DNA from: Chrysemys picta bellii | Taxonomy: Eukaryota | DNA length: 64,000 nucleotides | Assembly (NCBI RefSeq): GCF_011386835.1 | Contig: NC_088800.1 | Span: 86,676,001-86,740,000, forward strand | Reading direction: 5' to 3' | In this document: in pieces, positions 1 through 11,100 of the stretch | Numbering within the stretch: the first letter of the stretch is position 1 | Layout of the letters: every line of letters starts with the position of its first letter | Notes under the pieces: generated by a model | What the model was told of the DNA's origin: nothing | What the model saw: the letters and a program-made list of their open reading frames with translations, nothing else | Database searches by the model: none | Translations under genes and position numbers: made by a program

Positions 1-130
1 GAAACATTTTTCAGTTTTTACTATAGTGCCATACAGCCCCCCTTCACCATCACAGCCTCACGCCTCATTGGCCCTGACCCCCCCTGTAAATTTGAACACC
101 CCCCCCTAATTTCAATTCCCGGGGAAAACA

Positions 131-1243
131 TTGTCCTGGGGAAATTCTGCACCGCTGCACATGCACAGAATTGATGTCCCTCGCAGGTTTCTTTGCTTCC
201 CTGCAGAAAAATGACTTTGACAGGGAAGCAAAGGGAAGCCACAAGAGCGATCATGCGACCCTCCCCAGCAGTATGTTTCAGGTGCCCAGGGCAGCTGGCA
301 GAGAGGTAAATCACTGTGGGGCAGGAGGCAGGACTGGGGAAGACCCAGCTGGTGGCTCCTACCCTGCTAGGCTGGGGAGGATGGGACTTTCTTCCCCTGC
401 ACAGCATCCAGGGCCAGGTCAGACACACCCCCAAGTTTCTCTCTCAGTTGCAGGAAGCTCTGCAAACTCCCCCTCCCCACTTCCTGCACCCATTGCTCCT
501 CAGCTGCAGGGGGAGGGACTCCCGTACAGGGAGTTGCTCCCCCATCTGCCCAACCCCCATGTATCCAGACCCTCCTGCTGAGCCTCACCCCCCACCCTCA
601 AAACCCCCCTGATGCACTCCCCTGCACCTGGACCATCCCCATGAGCCACATGAACTCGGCTCCCCACCCCACTGAGCCCCAACCAGCTACCCCTGAATCC
701 CCCCCAGCATCTGAGCCCCCCACATCCAGACCCCCCCTGCCAAGTTCTATCCCCCACACACTCAACCCCCCCCACTGAGCCCCAACCACCTTCACCTGGA
801 TCCCCAGCAGTGTCCCATTACCGTTGCACCCAGAACCCCCCAATAAGCCCCTGTGCATCCAGATCCCCCCCAGATTGCCCCCCACAACCCTCTCAACACA
901 CACCTGGATCCCCCAACATTAAGCCATTCCACACTCGGAGCCTGCCTTGCTGAGCCTGCCAGCCCACACAGAGGGGCAGGGCCATAGGCTGTTTCTGGGG
1001 CAGGCCAGGTCCTTGTGCTGTGTCACGGTTGGATGCAGCCTCACCGCTGAATGTGTGCCCGGGGGCGGGGGGGGTTGGGAGGGGGGCTGCACAGTGATCT
1101 CCCACCTCTGTGCAGCCCAGGGCCCTGTGCTCCCCAATGCCATGTTGGAGCCTCCACATTTATTTGACAAATAAAATTTGCAGAATTTTAAAACACTGTG
1201 CACAGAATTTTAAATTTTTTGGTGCAGAATGCCCTCAGGAGTA
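131..1243. mobile_element. ~1.1 kb non-autonomous DNA transposon (TIR ~TACTCCTGGGGAAATTCTGCAC)
   Basis: Left tcctggggaaattctgcac, right gtgcagaatgccctcaggagta; same termini occur inverted at 54001-55104. Confidence 0.7.
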
Positions 1244-1659
1244 CCATGTGTCCTTCCACTTTCACTGCCCTATAGTCCAGACACGTATAAACTTCCAGCA
1301 AACTCCCTTCCTATAGACTTTAACATCTTCAGAAAGTAGAGATGCCTTCCTGCATCAACCCTATTTAAATAAACTTTAGTTCCTAAAAATAACCCCACAT
1401 AGATATCCATAAACATATCTGGTAAAAAGCAACCAAGTTTAAAGCAATTTTAATGAGGTCTAGCTCACACCGAAACCATTTCCCCCCCCCCCCCCCCAAC
1501 AATTATACTTAAAAAAAAGGCCTGCTGATGTTAGTCTGGAAATGAACACTTAATTTGCTGGGTGGAGGTAGAATGCACTGACACACTGGAAATAGTTAAG
1601 ATGCAATCTAACAAAGTTTTTACTTACTGCACAGTAGACAGCACTGACAGCACTATTCA

Positions 1660-1770
1660 ACCACAGATCTCAGAGGCAGTAATTTTCTTCATTTTCCAAA
1701 TGGGAAAAACTGAACTGCAGAAAAGTTATGTGATTAGCAAGTGGCACACTAGGACCCCAGACTGTTTAGA
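1660..1770 (-). mobile_element. CORE-SINE (MIR-like) remnant
   Basis: ttcattttccaaatgggaaaaactgaactgcagaaaagttatgtgattagcaag resembles the reverse MIR core; boundaries approximate. Confidence 0.45.
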
Positions 1771-3778
1771 GACTGTACAAACCCAGATTGTGCAAGCCCT
1801 GTCTATTACGTCAAACTTTTCCTCAGGGTCTCACTTCTTGTGAATTGGGAAGCTAAAGTGGGACTTTTGACTGAATTTTGGATTATACTTGTATGTTTTT
1901 ACATTTTTAGTATGTGCGCACTCCACAGGCACATTCTATCATTTAAAACAAAACCTAACCTGATTTTTAAGCATAAGTGTAGATATTTGTGTCTCATAAT
2001 TGTGGGTTTTTTTTTAAATAATACAAGGAACAAACTACATAGCTAATTCATCCATATTTGGAAGCCAGCATCTAACACAGACACTCTAGTCTATAGAACT
2101 GCCAACAGGTATCACTGGAATCCTGACTTCCTGGGCATCAGATAAAGGAGCACAGGAGCAGAAGTGAAACTGTGAGATGACCAGTATGCTGTGGACCACA
2201 GACATGCCTTTGGCATCTATAAATTACCTACACCTTGATTATTGGTACCAGGATAATTTCTACTTCTTTGATCAATTCGGAAGGGCTATGAATTTATCAG
2301 TGACTGCTAAGAATACAGTTTCTGTGTTGTTTTATTTTAATGAAATTAAAAGGGTGGGGATAGGACAAGAGAAAAAATGTAAAACAGAATGCAAGCACAA
2401 AAACCCGAAGAGGGAAAACACTTAAAAGGAGAGCGCAGTAAGGGAGAGAGGAAAAAAAAAAGCACCCACATCCCAATCTATAAGGAAGGGGGAGTTCTAT
2501 TGCCTGTGTTATACAGGAGCTTGGACTAGATGATAACTATGGTCCCCCTCTCTCCTTGGTACATATGAAGTCATTCTCTAACAGATGAATTTTGAATTCT
2601 ATTTTCTATAGGAAATAATGTGTGTAGAATGTAAATCACTCAAACACAGAATGCTTAATTATCAAACTTTAATAGATAAGACTAATTTTACAGAATAAAA
2701 CAATAGGATAACCAGTCAAGGTTATGCTTAAAAAAATCCAGCAGTGCAAATCTAAGACTAAATATTTGTCATCTCCCCCTCCTCCAAAATAGGTAATAGA
2801 TTATTTTAAAATACCATAAATATGGTACTTACATATTCCATTTTATAATAATTCTGCAGTGAAAACTTAAACATGGTCTTTTTTTTTTAAAACATACAGA
2901 ACCAAAGAATGAATTGCCTAGAATATGGGTAAGACATAGTAAACTTCTTTGAGCCACACAAAGGAAATCTTTTGCTGGAAGGTAAAATGACCATGTGTTC
3001 TACATATGACTTGCTACAGCGATCCTGGCCTCCCTCAAGTATAATAAAAGTGACCCTGACAATAAACATAATAAAGAATCAACTCCTATCAGGCAGTGAA
3101 AGTCTAGAGTACGAATCTCCAAATGAAACAGGTGCCTGGGGAAAGCATAGTGACAGAGACAGAGAGAGAGGAGTAAACAGTGAAAGGAGAATTTGAAAGC
3201 AAAACTTGTACCACTGAGTTGGCACACCAACCAACTGGATCACAGAGTACAGAGCATGTGCTCTGAGGAGAACACGCCAGTGCCCGGATAGTTGCATCAG
3301 CAATTATTCTGAGGTAAAGCTGGAGTCCGGTAAAAGAGAAAAAGGAAGAAAACCCCACCAAAATATGGCACCTTTGATATAAATGGCATTGCAAATGAAC
3401 TTTTTAATCTTTGGCCCTTATCATATGAAATGGTGGATACAATTTGTGGAAACAGCTACATAATTTATCAGGTTGTATGCATGTGCTACAAGTTAGAGTA
3501 TTGCAGGTTATCAGTTTCTTAACTGATCCATCCCCTGAACCACTTTTTCTTTTTCTCTTGTGACTTTGCCCAACTAACCACCACAAGAGTATCCTTATCC
3601 TAGCTAGTAATACACTATCTTTGAGATGTACTTACTGGTGCTAAGAAAAATGCATGATTTACTTTAAGGTTGAACTTAACATGAGAAACCTACAGGTATT
3701 AAAAATTCTTCATACAAAAATGACTGAGCATAAGAGTTGATGTAGTTGATATTTGTGCCTAGCAAAAATTTAAAAACA

Positions 3779-3784
3779 TTTATT
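3779..3784 (-). terminator. Candidate distal UBFD1 polyadenylation signal
   Basis: Minus strand reads cagtacAATAAAtgtttttaaattttt; use is inferred. Confidence 0.4.
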
Positions 3785-4709
3785 GTACTGATTTGCAAAT
3801 ACTATCAGGAAGGCGTTTACACTTGGGATGTAGAGAGTTATGGAGTGAATACTATAATCAAAACAAGCAGAGATAAATGAGAAATCCAGGCAAGAAAAGA
3901 TCAAAAGTAATACAGTGAAGGGCTTGTACTACATCAGTAACGGTAGCACCAGCTCCAGCACCGTGAGGTGTTCGACTTCAGTGAGGCTCCTCACTTCCAT
4001 GGGTTGGTGCTAGTGTACTTCAAAGAAGTATGGCACCTAGAATAGCTAAAATGGATACTTTGGCCATACAACATATGAAAAGCATCTAGGATCTGTGTGC
4101 ATGGAAATACTTTCCTCCTCATTCCCACCAAAAATATCCTCACTTGCATTCCAAATACTTTCACTGCTTGCCAGTAACCATAAAAGTGGGGCAAAGCACC
4201 TACGCTACTACTTAATTATGGGGTGCTATATCCCATTTAATTGGGAATTACATTCTTTTAGAATAGGGAACAGAACCCCCTATTAAAGGGTGTAATGTGA
4301 AAATAACTGAAGGAACTCAACTTCTGTATTGTTCATAAGCATAATTAAGAATTATTGCAAACTCACTACAGAAGGACTATACGAATGATCTTTAACAATC
4401 TTATTCAGCCAATCTAGAAATATATATTTTATTAGTACTTTACCTCTAACACTTATTTTGTAATAAATGATTTTATTACTTAAGGATATACCAATGTACT
4501 CTTTACTCCGTCACTGCCCATGTGCTCCTTGGGCTCTTAGGACCAATGGATAACCTGGATCCAACAAGGAATTTCCCATGGTTACATAAGGAGAATTCAG
4601 TGTAAAGACACAGAGTAGCCAATGGCTCTTGAACTTGGACTCAGCAGCCTGTAGAACGTATGCTGAAGTTATTGTGTATTTCTAAGTTTTTATGAACAAA
4701 GTTAACTAT

Positions 4710-5004
4710 GGCTACGTCTACACTAAAGACCTTACAGTGGCACTGTTGTACCGATACAGCTGCGCTGCTATAAGGTCTCCTGTGTAGCCGCTCTATGCCA
4801 ACGGAGAGCGCTCTCCTGCCGGCATAATTAAACCACCCCGAACGAGCGGTGGTAGCTATGTCAGTGGGATAGCGTCTCCCACCGACACAGCGCTGTGCAC
4901 ACCAGCACTTCTGTCCATGTAATTTATGTCGGTCGGGGGTGTGTTTTTTCAGGCCCCTGACTGACAAAAGTTTTACCAAAAAAAGTGCTAGTGTAGACAT
5001 AGCC
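4710..5004. mobile_element. PIF/Harbinger-type MITE
   Basis: TIRs ggctacgtctacact / agtgtagacatagcc, flanks tat/taa; related copy at 30848-31087. Confidence 0.8.
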
Positions 5005-7460
5005 TAAGTTACTTTTTTAGGTAATACCAGAAGACACAAAGCTTCATGTCACTCCAAATAGTGTTGAGATAACTTGAAGGAGCACTGTCAACTTTAAAAT
5101 TAATATTTCAGGTTGAATTTAAGAAACTTTCATAAAACCCCAAACCAATAAACATAGCCAAAAAACCCAAAGCCAACAATGAAAACAGGTTAGAACATCT
5201 CCCCTTGCTGTGTTGTAACCCAAACAACGGTCCTTAGAATCTGAAAGTAAAATTGGGTGAACAAAAACTAAACAGATTTCATGTTCTAAATCAGATGAAG
5301 GTAAAAAGGAAACAAGGAACATAAACAGGGACAAGTACATTTGAATTTAATATTTTTCTTCATTTGTAATAATATAAAATGTTTGTAACACAAGTAAAGA
5401 TCTAGAATATTTTAACTGACAGTGTCCTTTTAAATATCAGTGATCTATTTTACCAGGCACAGGATGTAGAATCAATAAAGGCCTCAGGGAAGGAGCAAAC
5501 AGGAACATGAAATGTTACACTGGATTCCGTGCCCTTGCTCTCTTGGAAGTGGTGAGGTCGCGTGTGCACACTACCACAGAACTACAAGCACTGGTGGTAG
5601 TGTGCGCTCAGCCACATTATTGAGTGTGAACACTGAGTTCACTGGAGTGTTTAGAAGGAGTTGCAAAACAGGACAGAATGCATTGGGGCCTTTCAAATGA
5701 GAAGTCAATGAAAGCACAGGAAAGGGAACCCAAGTGGGTTTATGGACAAGTTCAGGGGTAAGTGAGGCAGCGTGTGGAAGCTGATAGTCGCTGAATCAGC
5801 AAGGCTGGGTGAGGGTGTAGGTGAATGAGTATGAGGGACAGAAAATGCTACATGTGTGTCACTGCCTCTTGCTGTGCACTGATGTAGAGTGCGGTTGTGT
5901 CTGCTGTAGGTACAGCACATACACCTTCCTTCATATACTGCAGTTTTAGCCTTAATACTAAAATTGGACATTAGAAAATAAAAAGCATGATATCTGCATT
6001 TAAGTTTTACATATTGCTCAAAGGTAATGGAACTGACAGCAACTCTATTACCAGAATTAATGTACTTGCTAAGAACTTTCAGAGGTTGTCCTAGGAAACT
6101 GACATTGTACTACTTCAAAACTATCCCTGTTATAATGTATATATTATATGGCAAGATACATTAGTACCAGTTTTCATATGAAAAGGAAGTATCTCAAGCT
6201 ACAAGTGGAACATGCATGTGACCAATTTATAAACAAGGGGAGAAGAACACCTTTAACACCGATTTATACTGCAGGGATGTTCAAACTGGAAAGACAAATC
6301 AGAACCAAAATTATGTTGCCACCAATAGTCTACAAGCAGACAGAGAACCTTAATCCAAATTGACTTTCAACCACCATATTTGAAAAAAAAAAAAAGCCAT
6401 CACCATAACTGACCCCCTCCCCATCTATTTTTATAAAAATACTCATTCAGGAATTTGTATCTGCTGAGTTTCAACATGGTTATTTCAAATAAAATGAAAT
6501 ATAGACAAGGAATATGTTAAATTTAGCCTTTGCTAGAGAGGGATGTTTCCCTACCAATTTCACAAAATTTTGAACTACACGCATCAAACAATACTAAGAA
6601 GTGTACAGTGGGTTTTTTTTAAAAAACAGGAGATAAAAATCAGAACAGTGATCTGTTATATGCAGGTTAAACGGATAGCAGGACTGATTCAGCCTTGCTG
6701 TGCAATACAATCCGTTAAGGGTGTGAACCTTTCCAGGACTGAAAGGGTCCACTCAGAAAACCTGAGATAAATGGCACTTTAACTTAACTGCTAAGTTGAC
6801 AGGCAAAATATCATGAGCCACAGATGAGGAACATTACTTCAGAAAGAACTAGGGTAAAGGACTAGAATAATTTGTTGGAAACTTGAGGAAAGAAAAGCTG
6901 AAATGGAGCCTTACCATCTTTACCCTTTAAAGATAAAGGTCAGTGGTTGGGTGCATATACAAAACTTCGTAAGACTCACTGAACTATATTACTAGGACTT
7001 TTCAAACCCAGATCACAAAGGACTGACTATTCTACCTATTTATGCAGTATCCAAATCAAGTGGCATCTTGGCCAGCTTATCCCAACAATTAATAGGAAGG
7101 TCTCTTTGGTTCACTTCCTTTAGCATCATCTTTGTTACAATTGCAGTGCACTGACTCCAGGAGTCCTTTGCAGAGTGCAGATTGAAATATCAATACTAAC
7201 TCAGCCAACTAGGTCAGTGTTACGACTTTGCTGCAATAGGATTTTGGACCCCAACATAAAAGGTAAAGAAGATGCTCATAGAAACAGAATCCCCCTGAAA
7301 GAGACAAAGGGACAGAGCTATGCAAGCAACGAAGAATGACTGAAATTGCATGAAATGGGATAGAAGCAGCACCAAGCCATCTTGGCTACAGAAAGTCTAC
7401 AGTGGTATCTTCCTGCTCCCAATATGCAACATTGCAAGCATCATCCCAGAGCTGCTGGTA

Positions 7461-7480
7461 TAAAAAAAAAAAAAAAAAAA
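7461..7480 (+). repeat. A-rich mononucleotide tract (~19 A)
   Basis: Direct reading. Confidence 0.85.
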
Positions 7481-7964
7481 CAGAGGAACTGGGCATCTTT
7501 GGGTTTAAAAAAAAAGTTTAAATGTTGCTACTAAAAGAAGTGAAACCTGAAATAAAAGGGCCAGTGTAATATGGCTTACTAAACCCCAATTTTGCATACT
7601 GTTTAAAAAATTTTTAAAAACTGTTTTCAAACTCTCAGTCACAACCAAATAACTAAATGAAGTCTGTTTGTAACTGAAGAATTATGAAAATATTTGTCTT
7701 TTGTTCAAATCAAGTAAAAAAATCTTCAACCATACATTGTAATATTTTCTTCTGAAAACTAAACTGGAAGATCTACTCTCAGCAGATTTAAGTGTATTAC
7801 ACACAATGTTTTATGAATTGAGATTTATTGATTTCCATTGTATTTACTTTAAATAGGATTGAAGCTGACTGCAGAAAAGGGATGCTGAAATTTTTAAGTT
7901 AAAAGTAAACTAATGGTGAAAGAACATCACCTCTGGCTTCCGTCAATGCCTCGTTATATCATAT

Positions 7965-7976
7965 TTTATTAATAAA
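7965..7976. terminator. Palindromic TTTATTAATAAA (AATAAA on both strands), ~95 nt after the UBFD1 stop
   Basis: Direct reading; function inferred. Confidence 0.45.
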
Positions 7977-8070
7977 GTTCCAGGACTGTCAAATCCAGGG
8001 ATGTCGGAGGCCTCTCCCAGCAGTGTCCTTTGTTTTGTGTCAGTCTCCTGTGCCAGAGGTGAGCGTGCTT

Positions 8071-8181
8071 TCAAAAATACTGCCATTTGCCCAGGACTGT
8101 GTCTTTGATTGCATCAACATATTGAGTGGGGACCCAGTAGACCCAGTAGTAAGATGCTTCCGTAGGGCCCAGTTGAAATGC
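8071..8181 (-). CDS. UBFD1: UBFD1 coding exon 7 (stop TGA 8073-8071)
   Basis: AFQLGPTEASYYWVYWVPTQYVDAIKDTVLGKWQYF*. Confidence 0.96.
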   Translation of the reverse strand, partial: AFQLGPTEASYYWVYWVPTQYVDAIKDTVLGKWQYF

Positions 8182-11100
8182 CTGCAAAATTAAAAGGACA
8201 ACAGGTAGCATTTACAGATTGGAAACAAACCGAACAAATGGTGTCAGACAATCTGGATGGACAATTCATTTACTCTACTGCAACTACTGCCTCCTCCAAA
8301 TGCCCCTACCTCATACTCAGAGCAGAATCTGCAGCACAACTCCTAGAAAAAAATCTAAGCCAGTTAACTCAGTGCACAGGGCTGAGGCAGATGGCTGCAT
8401 TGTAGCAGTTGAAGTTTCAGCAAGTATTTTGTATTTAAATGTTAAATACCATTATCTATTTATTATGACTGATGTAAATAGGAGAGAGAACTATGAAGTG
8501 GCAACAGTCTCTAGCCTTGTGGTTTGAGCAATAGTTTATGTCCTAATCTGAAGCCGCTGCTCTTCCATCTGAGTGATCACACATGGAACGTTTGGAAAAG
8601 GCATGGAACACCTTCCTCTTGCAGATAATTTTTTGCTCAGGGCATTTTCCCCTTTCCTCCCACAAAGAAAGAAGTGGAATTTCTGTCTAAGAAACTTATC
8701 TCAACATTACGAAGTTTAGTTACAGTGATATTCTTTAAAAGAAAAGCCTGAACTGGAAAAAAAAGGAACTCTTGGACTTTAAAAAGCCCCATAGCAGAAT
8801 CAACATTACCCTTGCCTGATATGTATCCCTTTCCTAAACACATTACCAACCTTTCAGAGATTCAATACATTAAAATGGACGGTGGGAAAATTCTTTACCT
8901 CCATTGAGGCAAGTAGAGAAGATGAATGCAACAGGAATGAATACAGAACCAGATACGGGGAAGTACACCGCTACCTCGATATAACGCGACCCGAGATTAC
9001 ACGAATTCGGATATAACGCGGTAAAGCAGTGCTCCGGGGGGGCGGGGCTGCGCACTCCGGTGGATCAAAGCAAGTTCGATATAACACAGTAAGATTTTTT
9101 TGGCTCCCGAGGACAGTGTTATATTGGAGTAGAGGTGTAATACCAACAGTAACCTACCAGGAGCTAAGCTCTTTTCTGACAAAGGAACACCACCACAAAG
9201 TGTTTATTTTGAGAAAACGATCAGGTGGAAGTTCACTCTAGGACTAACAACTTTCTCCTACTGTAACCGTCAGTTAAGTTCTTACTGAGCTAAAGATAGT
9301 TCTGGCAGGGTTTTTTAGTGGAAAGTAATGCTGAAGATGTGGAATTCTTACTGGCCCCAATGTTAGGGACATAAGTGTTGTTACAAAGGAAGAAACTGAA
9401 AAGACAAATGTTAAATATGCATAAAATCAGATTACGGCCATGTTTTCAGAAGAGTGCAGCATCCAATCTGCACACAAGCTGAGCTCTTCTGAAAGCCTGT
9501 CCCCAACTATAATGATACACCATTTTAGGAAATACTCCAAATGTAAACATTTCTGACAGTGGCTGTGCTGTCATTTCAAGCCATAGGATTTTCAATGGTT
9601 TTAAAGCTTGGGTAGAAACGGTTCAGTATCGCGAAGTCATCGCAAGCATTCAGCTCATATTGCTTAGAATATTTACTCGGGAATAGCAGACAATATTGAA
9701 GGCTAAAGCCTTTCAGAAGTATTTAAAACCTTCAAGGCTGTCAGCCTTGGCCTTTTTCTAACTTAAAGCTCTCGTTCAATGTATTAGCATGGAGTTATTA
9801 GTCCATTATTACTTAAGCAGAGGAATTACTTACCATCATGTGATAATCCTCATGTCCTTCAATAGGTTCATTCACCACATTTTTAATGGACCCCATGGGT
9901 ATTTTTTCTGTTCTCTCTACATTAAAATGGATAAAAATAATGTTTGATCTATCAGCAGTGCTTTGCTACAGTGCTTCAGATTGACTTCAGACACCATCTC
10001 TCACACTCCTGCTGGAGGAGGGACAGGGGGTAGCAGCATACAAGCAATTCAAAGTAAACCCAGTCCCTGCCACCTAAACTTCGATGACTCATATTGTGCC
10101 AGATAGCCCCTCTAAATACCAGACAATCTAATTTTCTTCAACCAACCAATATAGGATTCTGATCCTGAAAACACTTATGCATGTGCTTAGCTTTACTACT
10201 GTGAGCAGTCGAATTAAAATTGATAGGACTCAACTGTAAAGTGAAGCACGTACATATATGTATGTGGGATCAGGGTCTAAGAGTGTAAAACAATTACCGT
10301 ATATACTTGATCATAAGCCGGTTCATTTATAAGCCGACCCCCCCCAAGATGGATAAGTAAATATGGAAAATTTTTATGACCCATTCATAAACCGACCCTA
10401 TAATTCGGGGGTCAGCAAACTTTGGCTCCTGGGCCATCAGGATAAGCCACTGGTGGGCCGAGATGGTTTGTTTACCTTGAGCATCTGCAGGCACGGGGGT
10501 AAACCTAAGTAAACAAAGTGTCCCGGTGCGCCAGCTGCTTACCCTGACAGGCCAGGACAGCAACTGGTGGGGAAATTTTGGGGTGGGGAAGCTGGGAGTC
10601 AGGGGAGTAACCCCTGTGACCACCCCCATATGACCCCACCCCTAACCCGGGACCCCCACACTCTCCCCATCCCATCCCTTCCCGCCTTATCTGGGAAGGG
10701 CCAGGGGAGGATGTCTCTGGCCTGGCTGGAGCTGCTCCGGCAGGCTGGGCAGCATGGCCGCAGCCTGCTCCAGCGGACCAGACCAGGCGGCGGGCCGCAG
10801 CATGTTCCAGCAGGCTGGGCTGGGTGGCACGGCCGCAGCGTGCTCCGACGGGCCGAATGGCGTGGCCACAGCCTGCTCTGGGAGGTGGGGCCAAGTGGCG
10901 GAGCTGCAGCTGCTTCTGAGGCTGGGGGGAGAGCAGCGTGGCCAGAAGTGGAGAGACTCTGGCCCTGCCTCTTCCCTTCTGTCTCTGCTGCCTCTCCTTG
11001 CTCTCTCTGTTGGGGGGAGGGGCTGTGTCCCACCTCTCCCTCTCTATCCCCGTTCATAAGCCGACCCCCTTCTCTGGTGCTTCCCTTTTTTACTACAAAA

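Noticed and set aside
5566-5605. 12-bp perfect hairpin GCACACTACCAC / GTGGTAGTGTGC
   Set aside because: Stem too short for a pre-miRNA; likely chance or an old MITE remnant
6700-6780. miR-92-type GTGCAATA and miR-17-type GCACTTT sites
   Set aside because: Both are on the plus strand, whereas the only plausible UTR here (UBFD1) is on the minus strand
1-8000. NDUFAB1 exons expected from human synteny
   Set aside because: I found no acyl-carrier-protein sequence (e.g. DSLDQVE, FGFEIPD) in any frame; the gene probably lies left of the window
9615-9690. Small CpG-rich patch in UBFD1 intron 6 (possible cryptic exon or snoRNA)
   Set aside because: Frames checked close quickly and no convincing C/D box pair with a terminal stem; cannot be supported without conservation data
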